Shown here in pieces: positions 1 to 8,613 of a stretch of 64,000 bases of DNA; the stretch's first letter is position 1; the number at the start of each line of letters is the position of its first letter. The stretch comes from Minisyncoccota bacterium (lineage in GTDB: Bacteria; Patescibacteriota; Minisyncoccia; Minisyncoccales; RBG-13-42-11). Position numbers and translations under genes: made by a program. The notes under the pieces are model-generated. The model had not been told where the DNA came from. It saw only the letters and a program-made list of their open reading frames with translations, and ran no database searches. The stretch spans positions 120,290 to 184,289 of the forward strand of contig JAQTPY010000001.1 of the NCBI GenBank assembly GCA_028712445.1. The letters run 5' to 3'.

Positions 1-68
1 GTTTGTTTTCAGCAATAACGAAATCATTTATAATGAGGGAATCATAAGCAATAAATTTTTTAAACAAA

Positions 69-983
69 ATGCGCAAACCAATTTCTCCTAAAATAATAGC
101 TCTATCCTTCGGAGTATTTGTCATATCCTTCTTGGCGGTATTTTATGTCGTTGCCTGGCAGGAGCCAACTCAGGCGCCGCCTTCAGGCAATACATATGCG
201 CCCCTTAACGTCGGTCCTGAAACCCAAACGAAAGCAGGCAGCTTGATTATCAATGCTTCAGGAACAGAAGAAAATGCTTTGGTTATAGGGCAAGGAAAGG
301 TTTGTATCGATAATGATTGTATAGAGAGTTGGCCGGAAGAAGGGGGAGCTGATACTACTTTCAAAATGACAGTCAGCAGTTATTGCGTTGGAAACTCAAA
401 ATTTTGTGGACAAAAAACAGCTTCTTACACCTGCCCTGATGGCGGCACCGCCGTTTTGGTGAATTGTCCCAGAACGCTGCTTTCAGGATCTTACGCAAAT
501 GATTTTTATGCATGTTCCTGTTCAACTAACGGAGGCACGGCCTCTGTTAAAGCATCTGCCATTATGAGTCAATCTTGCCCAAACTGGTATACAAGAGCCG
601 CCAGGGACGAATGCACCAGCTACACGACAAGTTGCACCAATGATTGCACTTCTTACGGCGTATGCGAGCTAACGTTTAAATGCGGAGTGGAAAATACAGT
701 TGGCAATTATACTCCGGAATCCTGCACGTTCGGCCCGACAGTGATAAGAACGGGTGCGGCATGCAATTCAGGGGAAGACGAAGCATATTGCCAGCAACAA
801 TGTTCTGGCGCTGGTTGGCAAAACAGCGAGGTGGCCAGCTGCAATGCTAATTTCCCCTACGAAAGTTGCAATTATTGGTCAATGTACGGATACGGCTGTG
901 GCGTCCGGTATGATCTGTGCAGTTGTTGGGATGGACGATGTTCTTACAGGGGCCATCAGGTAAGTTGCCATTGTTGGAATTAA
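69..983 (+). CDS. Cysteine-rich, N-terminally membrane-anchored surface/secreted protein (function unknown)
   Basis: ORF track, 304 aa. One N-terminal TM helix (IIALSFGVFVISFLAVFYVVAW), then a QEPTQAPPSGN..PLNVG motif. 26 Cys by my count, mostly in the C-terminal two thirds, ending CSCWDGRCSYRGHQVSCHCWN. No catalytic motif seen. Confidence 0.6.
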   Translation: MRKPISPKIIALSFGVFVISFLAVFYVVAWQEPTQAPPSGNTYAPLNVGPETQTKAGSLIINASGTEENALVIGQGKVCIDNDCIESWPEEGGADTTFKMTVSSYCVGNSKFCGQKTASYTCPDGGTAVLVNCPRTLLSGSYANDFYACSCSTNGGTASVKASAIMSQSCPNWYTRAARDECTSYTTSCTNDCTSYGVCELTFKCGVENTVGNYTPESCTFGPTVIRTGAACNSGEDEAYCQQQCSGAGWQNSEVASCNANFPYESCNYWSMYGYGCGVRYDLCSCWDGRCSYRGHQVSCHCWN

Positions 984-993
984 TCATATCCAT

Positions 994-1593
994 ATGTTTA
1001 ATAGAAACTTTGCAATTATTATTTCCTTATCTGTTTTCTCAGGCATTGTCTTGGGGCTTGGCGGTTCTTTTGCTTTTCAATATTGGCAGAAAAATCTGAC
1101 TCAAAAAGAGCAAGGAGCGACGCCAGAAGAGATTGAATTCCAGGAAGGGTTCGGAGGAGATTTTCCTTTGAATTTGGAAAAGACAGATGAAGGAGTTTTT
1201 CTTAGCTGGCCTTTAAAGGACATGAAAGTGACGCAGGTGAGGGTTTTTAATCTGGGAGATCCTAAAAACAGCAGAGATCATAAATTAGTTTTCTTTACTT
1301 CCAACTTTGAGACTGAAAAGGGAGCCGCAAACATTTTTATTCCCGAAGAACTAGAAAGAAATCTTCCCCAAACTCAGCCAAGCTTGTTTAGAAAAGTTTC
1401 AGACCCAGACGTTTTCATATCTTCCCCTTATAAAATAGGAGACGTTCCTGAAGGTTTTTACGACAACACTTATCCTAAGGCAGATTCTATTTTCGAAGAA
1501 AACCAGCATTATCTCATCGAAGTTGTTGGCGTCCAAGATGGAACCAGCATAAGGGCAGAATATTTCTTGATTTTTAATAAAAACAATGGATAA
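994..1593 (+). CDS. Hypothetical membrane-anchored protein
   Basis: ORF track, 199 aa. N-terminal hydrophobic helix (FAIIISLSVFSGIVLGLGGSFAF). Tightly packed between two other secreted-protein genes. No recognisable domain. Confidence 0.5.
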   Translation: MFNRNFAIIISLSVFSGIVLGLGGSFAFQYWQKNLTQKEQGATPEEIEFQEGFGGDFPLNLEKTDEGVFLSWPLKDMKVTQVRVFNLGDPKNSRDHKLVFFTSNFETEKGAANIFIPEELERNLPQTQPSLFRKVSDPDVFISSPYKIGDVPEGFYDNTYPKADSIFEENQHYLIEVVGVQDGTSIRAEYFLIFNKNNG

Positions 1594-2914
1594 TTTTTTA
1601 AAATTAAAAACATCGATCTTAATTGTCGGTGTTTGTTTGCTTTTCTTTTCCGTATATCCCTTTGATGCCAAAGCCGGAAGCGGAGACAATGTTTCGGGTT
1701 TTGCCTGGTCAGAAAACATAGGGTGGATTAATTTTAACGGCTCAAATTACGGAGTTAATATTAACTCTGACGGCACTTTTTCCGGCTATGCCTGGTCAGA
1801 AAACATCGGCTGGATTGATTTTGCCCCGGCAGGCCCCTACCCCTCTTCTCCGAATTATTCTGCTAAAGCGAATCTGGAGAGCGGCCAGCTTTCTGGTTGG
1901 GCAAGGGCTTTGGCATACGGTGGCGGCTGGGACGGGTGGATAAAACTGAGAGGGTCTAATTACGGAGTTTCGTTAGATGAAAATACCGGCGATTTTTCAG
2001 GATGGGCATGGTCAGATATGGTGATAGGATGGATCAGTTTCAATTGCGCAAACCAGGGGGTTTGCGGATCTTCAAATTATAAAGTCAATACCAGTTTTTC
2101 TTTCAATTATCCTCCTGAAAAACCCACTATTCCTCCGGAATATCAGCCTTCTGGGGTGTCCTGGAGCCAGGGATGCTCCTATTCAATGGCGATTCCCTCT
2201 TTTCATTGGAACTATTCTGATTCAGATAATGTTCCTCCAGGAACCGATCCCCAATCTTTTTATCAAATAAGGATAGGGACAGATTCTAATTTCCCGGTTG
2301 ATGGCGAAGGCGATCCTGTTCCGGAATCGTCAGAATTTAAATGTTCCGGTCAAATATGTTCAGCTGCCAGTCAATCAACTTCTTTTTCTCCGATAATCTC
2401 AGAATGGTTGTCCTGGTCAGATTTTAACACCACTTATTATTGGAAGGTCAGGGTGAAAGACAGCAATGACGATTGGTCTGAATGGTCAAATTCCGTTTCT
2501 TTCACTGCTCCCAGGAACACTTATCCTGAACCTGATTTTAATTTCTCCCCGACAGATCCTGCCCCGGGAGAAACAGTTTCTTTCACAGACATATCTATAT
2601 GCTATGACTCTGGCAATAATTCCTACGCTTGTAAAAATATTGCTTCAAACAGGTATATTTGGGATTTCGGTGATGGAACAACCTGCGACAGCAATACCAA
2701 TCCCCTCTGCCGGGGAAATGCCACTCATACTTACAGCATTGCTTCTGATTTTTCCGTTAGCTTGAGCGTGTCGGATACCCAAGGAGAATGTCAGATAGTA
2801 AAAGTTGTTTCTGGCAGCGAATCGTTGCCTGAATGGCAGGAGGTGCCGCCCTCGTCATTTCTAAAGAAAATGTTGTCAACGATATTTTTATTTTTTAAAG
2901 ACTTGATGTCTTAA
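1586..2914 (+). CDS. Secreted repeat protein with four GW-x-IGWI-x-F repeats, an FN3-like region and a PKD-like domain
   Basis: Signal peptide ending DAKA. Repeats GFAWSENIGWINF / GYAWSENIGWIDF / GGWDGWIKL / GWAWSDMVIGWISF. YYWKVRVKDSNDDWSEWS is FN3-like. VSFTD..YIWDFGDGT..HTY..VSLSVSD matches the PKD pattern. Confidence 0.6.
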   Translation: MDNFLKLKTSILIVGVCLLFFSVYPFDAKAGSGDNVSGFAWSENIGWINFNGSNYGVNINSDGTFSGYAWSENIGWIDFAPAGPYPSSPNYSAKANLESGQLSGWARALAYGGGWDGWIKLRGSNYGVSLDENTGDFSGWAWSDMVIGWISFNCANQGVCGSSNYKVNTSFSFNYPPEKPTIPPEYQPSGVSWSQGCSYSMAIPSFHWNYSDSDNVPPGTDPQSFYQIRIGTDSNFPVDGEGDPVPESSEFKCSGQICSAASQSTSFSPIISEWLSWSDFNTTYYWKVRVKDSNDDWSEWSNSVSFTAPRNTYPEPDFNFSPTDPAPGETVSFTDISICYDSGNNSYACKNIASNRYIWDFGDGTTCDSNTNPLCRGNATHTYSIASDFSVSLSVSDTQGECQIVKVVSGSESLPEWQEVPPSSFLKKMLSTIFLFFKDLMS

Positions 2915-2918
2915 AAAG

Positions 2919-3314
2919 ATGAAAAAGGTTTTTTGGGCAATAGTTTTTTCCTTAATAGTTTTGCCTCTTTTCACCCAGGCAGCTCCTTTGGTTCCCTGCG
3001 GAGGAGATGGCCAGGAAAAATGCACTTTTTGCCACCTTTTTGTTTTGGCTGACAATATAGTTGATTTTGTTTTGTTTAAAATAGTTCCCTGGATCGCTTT
3101 GGCTGTCACAGTCACTGGCGGCATTAATCTTTATTTTTCTTTAGGAAAACCGGAAGAGAGAAGCAGCGCTATAAAAAAACTAATTGCCGCTGCGGTCGGC
3201 TTTGTTATAGTCTATGCGTCTTTCCTTTTAATAGGTTATTTTTTTACAGTGATCGGGGTCAGCGAATGGACAGGCCTCGAAAACTGGTTTGAATACCCCT
3301 GTTTCCCGGAATAA
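2919..3314 (+). CDS. Small TrbC/VirB2-like (T4SS-pilin-like) membrane protein
   Basis: 131 aa. Signal peptide (..PLFTQA), a short Cys-containing head (PCGGDGQEKCTFC) and two long hydrophobic helices separated by a short polar loop. Same architecture as the ORFs at 32032 and 32590. Confidence 0.5.
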   Translation: MKKVFWAIVFSLIVLPLFTQAAPLVPCGGDGQEKCTFCHLFVLADNIVDFVLFKIVPWIALAVTVTGGINLYFSLGKPEERSSAIKKLIAAAVGFVIVYASFLLIGYFFTVIGVSEWTGLENWFEYPCFPE

Positions 3315-3354
3315 AAGCAGATTTCTGCCTACTCAGAAACTATTTTGACGGTTT

Positions 3355-3383
3355 TTGACAGAGAGGCAGTTTTTTGATAGAAT
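3355..3383 (+). promoter_or_regulatory. Sigma70-type promoter upstream of rny
   Basis: TTGACA (3355-3360), 17-nt spacer, TAGAAT (3378-3383). Implies a leader of about 160 nt before the rny ATG at 3553. Confidence 0.55.
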
Positions 3384-3552
3384 CTTAGTATAAATTATTT
3401 CGCAAAAAGATTAATCTTAATTTTGGATTTTGGAGGATAAGAACTTCCGTTTTCAACGGAGAACCTTGATCCTGAAGTATAATTTTAACCAATTCGCAAT
3501 TAAACAATGTTCATGAATAAAGTTTTTACAATCCAATCTTCCAATTTGAATT

Positions 3553-5082
3553 ATGAACCAGTTTCTTATTTTAGGTTTGACTATGGTGGCTCTGGCGATG
3601 GGAACCACTCTGGGATATTATGCTCGTCAATCAATCGCTAAAAAACAAGCAGGAACTCTAGAGGCCAAACTTCAGAAAAAAGTTGAAAAGGCCAAAGAAG
3701 ATTCAGAAGCTCTCCAGTCTGAAGCCAAAGCAAAGGCAGAAGGCATCTTGGAAAAAACAAAAAAAGAAATAGAATCCAGGAGATACGAACTCTTTAAAAC
3801 AGAAAGACTCTTGTTAAAAAGAGAGAACATTTTGGATCAAAAAATGTCTCATTTTGAGTCAGAAAAGAGTGATTTTCAGGGCAAGGTTGAGAAAGTCAGA
3901 GAGATAAAAGAAAATTTAGAAAAATTGAGACAAGAAGCCATAGTCGGTTTGGAAAAAGTGGCGAGCTTGTCTAAAGACGAAGCTAAATCCCAGCTTTTAG
4001 ACAATCTTGAAAAAGAGTGTCAGCAAGAGATTCTGGAAAGATTAAGAAAAATGGAAAATGAAGGATGGGAAAGATATGAAGAAAAAGCCCGGGACATCTT
4101 GGCTTTAGCTATTCAGAGATGCGGTTTGAGTCAAGCTCAGGAGTTAACAACAACAACCATTAATCTGCCCTCAGAAGAGATTAAAGGAAGAATTATCGGC
4201 AAGGAGGGAAGAAATATCAGGACTTTAGAAAGGCTTACCGGAACAGAGATTATTGTAGATGAAACTCCGGAGGCTGTTGTAATCTCGGGGTTTGATCCCG
4301 TAAGGAGGCAGATAGCTAAGGTTGCTTTGGAAAAATTGATTCAGGACGGCAGAATTCAACCTGCCAAGATTGAGGAACAGGTGCAGCTGGCGGAAGCAGA
4401 TATCGTTAAACAGATTAAAAATGCCGGAGAAGCGGCGGTTTATGACACAGGGGTGATTGGACTGGAGCCCAAGCTTGTCCAATTATTGGGCAGGCTCAAA
4501 TTCAGGACAAGCTTCGGCCAGAATGCTCTTTTACACTCAATTGAGGTAGCGCATTTGGCAGGGGCTTTGGCTGAAGAAGTGGGAGCTAATGCTCTTATAT
4601 GCAAAAAAGCAGGTCTTTTGCACGATGTCGGCAAAGCAGTTGATCATCAAGTCGAAGGTTCTCATGTTGATATCGGTATCAGGATTTTGGAAAAATTTGG
4701 TTCAGAAAAAGAAGTCATTAATGCCATGAAATCCCATCATGAGGAATATCCTTATGAAACATTGGAATCCATTCTTGTTCAGGTCGCCGATCAGATATCT
4801 GGCGCTAGACCGGGAGCCAGAAAAGATACTCTGGAAAATTATCTAAAAAGGTTGGGAGAGCTTGAAAACATCGCCACTACTTTTGAAGGAGTGGAAAAGG
4901 CATGGGCTTTGCAGGCAGGAAGAGAAATAAGGGTATTCGTAAAACCTGAAGAAGTATCTGATTTGGAAGCCAGAAATTTGGCAAAAAACATCGCCAGCCG
5001 CATTCAGGAAGAATTAAAATACCCAGGTGAGATCAAGGTTAATGTTATCAGAGAGCTAAGGGTGACAGAATACGCAAAGTAG
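3553..5082 (+). CDS. rny: Ribonuclease Y
   Basis: 509 aa. N-terminal TM anchor, long coiled coil, KH motif (GKEGRNIRTLERLTG) and HD domain (LLHDVGKA..HH). Typical RNase Y architecture. Confidence 0.9.
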   Translation: MNQFLILGLTMVALAMGTTLGYYARQSIAKKQAGTLEAKLQKKVEKAKEDSEALQSEAKAKAEGILEKTKKEIESRRYELFKTERLLLKRENILDQKMSHFESEKSDFQGKVEKVREIKENLEKLRQEAIVGLEKVASLSKDEAKSQLLDNLEKECQQEILERLRKMENEGWERYEEKARDILALAIQRCGLSQAQELTTTTINLPSEEIKGRIIGKEGRNIRTLERLTGTEIIVDETPEAVVISGFDPVRRQIAKVALEKLIQDGRIQPAKIEEQVQLAEADIVKQIKNAGEAAVYDTGVIGLEPKLVQLLGRLKFRTSFGQNALLHSIEVAHLAGALAEEVGANALICKKAGLLHDVGKAVDHQVEGSHVDIGIRILEKFGSEKEVINAMKSHHEEYPYETLESILVQVADQISGARPGARKDTLENYLKRLGELENIATTFEGVEKAWALQAGREIRVFVKPEEVSDLEARNLAKNIASRIQEELKYPGEIKVNVIRELRVTEYAK

Positions 5083-5104
5083 AAAAATCTAGGGATTTTA
5101 AAAG

Positions 5105-5131
5105 AAAAACGGAGGTCAGATCTCCGTTTTT
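5105..5131. terminator. Bidirectional rho-independent terminator
   Basis: AAAAACGGAG-gtcagat-CTCCGTTTTT. Perfect 10-bp stem flanked by an A-run and a T-run, between rny (+) and tRNA-Gly (-). Confidence 0.7.
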
Positions 5132-5135
5132 CTGT

Positions 5136-5210
5136 TGGAGCGGGCGAAGGGAGTCGAACCCTCGTCTGAACCTTGGAAGGGTTCCATAATAGCCGTTATA
5201 CGACGCCCGC
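5136..5210 (-). tRNA. tRNA-Gly(UCC), CCA encoded
   Basis: Manual cloverleaf: acceptor GCGGGCG/CGCCCGC, anticodon stem GAACC/GGTTC, loop CTTCCAA, T arm GAGGG-TTCGACT-CCCTT. Confidence 0.85.
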
Positions 5211-5279
5211 AAAGCAACTATACTTTACCAGAAAAAATCTGTTTTTTCAAGATTTATTTGAGAGTTTCTTTGTAGTGTG

Positions 5280-5350
5280 TCGGGGTGCTGAGAGTTGAAC
5301 TCAGGTCTCGTGTTCCCAAAACACGAATACTACCGTTGTACTACACCCCG
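5280..5350 (-). tRNA. tRNA-Pro(UGG)
   Basis: Manual cloverleaf: acceptor CGGGGTG/CACCCCG, anticodon stem CGTGT/ACACG, loop TTTGGGA, T arm CTGAG-TTCAACT-CTCAG. Confidence 0.85.
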
Positions 5351-5518
5351 AATAAAATCCCCCGACCCCTGGCTCAAAAAACCTTCGGTTTTTTGGCACG
5401 CTTCGCTCTCATTTTTTCCAATACGGGGGATTTTATTCTATCTGAATTTTGGGTTTGAGTCAATTTATCAATGTGATATAATAAACAAAGCTTTTATCTC
5501 TTAGAACGCGGTAAATGG

Positions 5519-6466
5519 ATGATTTTGAAAACCATAGCTGACCAATTAAATATTGCAGCTCAATGCAGAAAATATAATTTGTCTCTTTGGCAGTGCCCTC
5601 AGTTTATTTTTTTGGTAATGGGACTGATAATTATTTTTTCCAGTCTTTTTACTTATGCCATCGGCACCCGTTATATTTCCGATCCTTACATGGTGGCAAT
5701 AGTGGTTTTATTAGTAGCAAGCATCCTCTTTGTTTTATCGACAATCATTTCTCATAGTTTTGACAAGCTGGCTGAGGCCAGCAGAATGAAAACGGAGTTC
5801 GTTAATATCGTCTCTCATCAACTGAGAAGTCCCCTTTCTAATTTAAAATGGGTGATTGAATTATTATTTTCAGGAAGAATAGGCGCTGTTTCTGAAAAGC
5901 AGACAGAATACTTCAAGATTTTAAAAGAAAATAGTAGCCGGATGGAGGAACTTATCTCAGATTTACTCATTGTTTCCAGAATAGAACAGGGCAGATTTCC
6001 TCAACGGAAAGAGAAAATTTTCTTGAAAGACATAGTCCAAGGAGTAATTAAAAATAGTGAAATATTCGCACGCGCTTCAAACGTCCAAATTGAATTTAAA
6101 GCAGAGAACGATTTGCCCAGCGTATTTAACGACCCTTCCCAGGCAAAACTTATAGTTGAGAATCTTGTAGATAACGCCATTCGTTACACTAAGGAAAGAG
6201 GCAAAGTTGAAGTAAGTCTGGTGAAAAAGAAAAACCATCTCATTTTGTCTGTGAAAGACAGCGGGGTGGGAATCCCTAAAAATGATCAGAAATACATTTT
6301 TCAGAAGTTTTTTCGTTCAGCCAACGCTTTAAAGCACCAAACCGAAGGATCAGGACTGGGATTATATATAACCAGATCAATCATCGAAAAATTTAACGGC
6401 AGAATTAAATTTAACAGCCAGGAGGGTGTCGGGTCAACTTTCTTGGTCACCTTACCAATAAAATAA
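5519..6466 (+). CDS. Membrane sensor histidine kinase (HisKA + HATPase_c), no obvious periplasmic sensor domain
   Basis: 315 aa. Two TM helices. H-box FVNIVSHQLRSPL. N/G boxes DNAIRYT, DSGVGI, GSGLGL. Confidence 0.85.
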   Translation: MILKTIADQLNIAAQCRKYNLSLWQCPQFIFLVMGLIIIFSSLFTYAIGTRYISDPYMVAIVVLLVASILFVLSTIISHSFDKLAEASRMKTEFVNIVSHQLRSPLSNLKWVIELLFSGRIGAVSEKQTEYFKILKENSSRMEELISDLLIVSRIEQGRFPQRKEKIFLKDIVQGVIKNSEIFARASNVQIEFKAENDLPSVFNDPSQAKLIVENLVDNAIRYTKERGKVEVSLVKKKNHLILSVKDSGVGIPKNDQKYIFQKFFRSANALKHQTEGSGLGLYITRSIIEKFNGRIKFNSQEGVGSTFLVTLPIK

Positions 6467-6473
6467 TATCATT

Positions 6474-6845
6474 ATGACAAAAACAATTCTTTTTATCGAA
6501 GACGAATCTGCGCTCCAAAAAACTTTTGGAGAAGTTTTAACCCAGGAAGGATATTCAATGATCTCCGCTCTTGATGGAGAACTGGGACTAAGAATGGCTG
6601 AGTCAAAAAAGCCAGATTTGATCATTCTGGATTTAATCTTGCCAAGAATGAACGGATTCGAAGTCTTAAAATCTTTAAAAGAGAGCGAGGAAACAAAAAA
6701 CATACCGGTCATTGTTTTGACCAACCTGGGAAGCATGGAAGATGTTGATAAGGCCATATCTTTGGGGGCCACCACTTATTTGGTCAAAGCCGATTACAAG
6801 CTCGAGGAGGTTTTGGAAAAAATTGCAGCAATAATAAAACAGTAA
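6474..6845 (+). CDS. Stand-alone receiver-domain response regulator (CheY/PilH-like, no output domain)
   Basis: 123 aa. DE acidic pocket (IEDE), phospho-acceptor motif LIILDLILP, conserved T (VLTN) and K (KADY). Confidence 0.85.
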   Translation: MTKTILFIEDESALQKTFGEVLTQEGYSMISALDGELGLRMAESKKPDLIILDLILPRMNGFEVLKSLKESEETKNIPVIVLTNLGSMEDVDKAISLGATTYLVKADYKLEEVLEKIAAIIKQ

Positions 6846-6854
6846 ACTGCGTTT

Positions 6855-8609
6855 ATGCAAGTTGAATCGGAGCAGTTAAAGGCATTCCTTCTGGATGCCA
6901 AATTAATTGAGGAAGAGGATTTTGAGCGCGCCAGAAAGATTGCTCAAAAGAACAGCAAAAAAATTGATGATGTTTTGATTTCTGAAGGATTGGTTCCTCA
7001 GGATGCGCTAATTAAAATGAAGGCCTATATTTTAGGCATTCCTTTTGTCGATTTGGAAAAAGAAAAGATTGAAGAAGATATTTTAAAAATCATTCCCGAG
7101 CCCATAGCTCGTTCAAATAACATTGTCGCCTTCAGGAAAAAAGGAGATGATCTGGAGGTAGCCATGCTCGATCCGGACGATTTGAGAATGATTGAGTTTA
7201 TCAAGAAAACTTCTAATTTCAGGATTCTTCCGAGACTTACTACTCCCGAAAGCATCAAAAATGTTCTGCAGCAATATCAAAAAACTCTGCAGGCAGAATT
7301 CGGTGATATTATCAAAAAAGAAGCAGATGGAATAAAAGTGACAAAGGAAAGAGAAGGTTTTACCGAAGAGGAGGTAAATGATTTAAAGAAAATCGCTGAA
7401 GATTTGCCTGTGGTCAGAATAGTGGACACCCTTTTAAAGCACGCAATTTTAGAGAGATCTTCAGATGTTCATATTGAACCCACTAAAAAGGACGTCATTG
7501 TCAGATACAGGATTGACGGAGTTCTGAGGGATGCCATGACTTTGCCGAAACAGGCAGCTTCAGGCATTGTGGCCAGAATTAAAGTATTGTCCAATTTGAA
7601 GCTTGATGAACATCGTCTACCTCAAGACGGAAGGTTCAAGATCGAAACAGAAGATTATAAATACTCCGTCAGGGTTTCAATTTTGCCGGTTTTTGACGGG
7701 GAAAAGATCGTTTTAAGGCTTCTTTCAGAGACCGCTGAAGCTTACACTTTGGAACAATTGGGGTTATGGGATAAGTCTTTGGAAGATATTCAGTCAAATC
7801 TGAAAAAACCAGTGGGCATGATTTTAGTGACGGGTCCCACCGGATCAGGAAAGACGACCACTCTTTACTCAATGATGGAAATTTTGAATTGTCCCGGAGT
7901 CAACATTTCAACAATTGAAGATCCTGTTGAGTACAGGATGCCGAGAATCAATCAAACCCAGGTTAATCCAAAGATCGGGCTTACTTTTGCCTCAGGCCTG
8001 AGAGCTTTGGTGAGGCAAGATCCGAATGTCATTATGGTTGGGGAAATAAGAGACTCAGAGACAGCTTCTTTGGCAATAAATGCGGCTCTGACGGGCCATT
8101 TGGTTCTCTCTACTCTCCACACAACCTCAGCGGCCGGATCCATGCCCCGCTTGATCGACATGAAAGCAGAACCATTTTTAATTGCATCAACCCTAAATGT
8201 TATTTTAGCCCAGAGGCTGGTGAGGCGTCTCTGCGAGGAAAAAGAAAAATATAGTTTAAATGACGCTGAAATAAAAAATTTAAGGAAATATTGCGATCTA
8301 GACAGAATTATGGGAATACTTGAAGGAGAAAAATTGATTAAGCCTAAGCAATCAATCAAAGACATTGTTTTTTATCGGCCCAAGGCCTCAAAGTCTTCTC
8401 CTGAAGGATATAAGGGGAGAATAGGCATCTACGAAGTTTTGCCGGTCACAGAGACAATCAAAGAGTTAATCGTTAAAGAGGCGACTTCAGACCAAATTCA
8501 GGCTCAGGCTCAAAAGGAGGGAATGAGGACAATGATTGAAGATGGTTTTATTAAAGCGGTCCAGGGAGTCACTACCATAGAAGAAGTTTTAAGGGTTATC
8601 GCTGAGTAG
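6855..8609 (+). CDS. pilB: Type IV pilus / T2SS assembly ATPase (PilB/GspE family), set 1
   Basis: 584 aa. N-terminal T2SSE_N-like domain. Walker A GPTGSGKTTT, Asp box, Walker B/His box (VGEIRD, TGHLVLSTLHT). CxxC-type region reduced. Confidence 0.85.
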   Translation: MQVESEQLKAFLLDAKLIEEEDFERARKIAQKNSKKIDDVLISEGLVPQDALIKMKAYILGIPFVDLEKEKIEEDILKIIPEPIARSNNIVAFRKKGDDLEVAMLDPDDLRMIEFIKKTSNFRILPRLTTPESIKNVLQQYQKTLQAEFGDIIKKEADGIKVTKEREGFTEEEVNDLKKIAEDLPVVRIVDTLLKHAILERSSDVHIEPTKKDVIVRYRIDGVLRDAMTLPKQAASGIVARIKVLSNLKLDEHRLPQDGRFKIETEDYKYSVRVSILPVFDGEKIVLRLLSETAEAYTLEQLGLWDKSLEDIQSNLKKPVGMILVTGPTGSGKTTTLYSMMEILNCPGVNISTIEDPVEYRMPRINQTQVNPKIGLTFASGLRALVRQDPNVIMVGEIRDSETASLAINAALTGHLVLSTLHTTSAAGSMPRLIDMKAEPFLIASTLNVILAQRLVRRLCEEKEKYSLNDAEIKNLRKYCDLDRIMGILEGEKLIKPKQSIKDIVFYRPKASKSSPEGYKGRIGIYEVLPVTETIKELIVKEATSDQIQAQAQKEGMRTMIEDGFIKAVQGVTTIEEVLRVIAE

Positions 8610-8613
8610 TTTT

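Noticed and set aside
5295-5504. 69-aa ORF on the plus strand.
   Set aside because: It overlaps tRNA-Pro(UGG) on the opposite strand, uses a TTG start, and its product is low-complexity. It is a spurious ORF.
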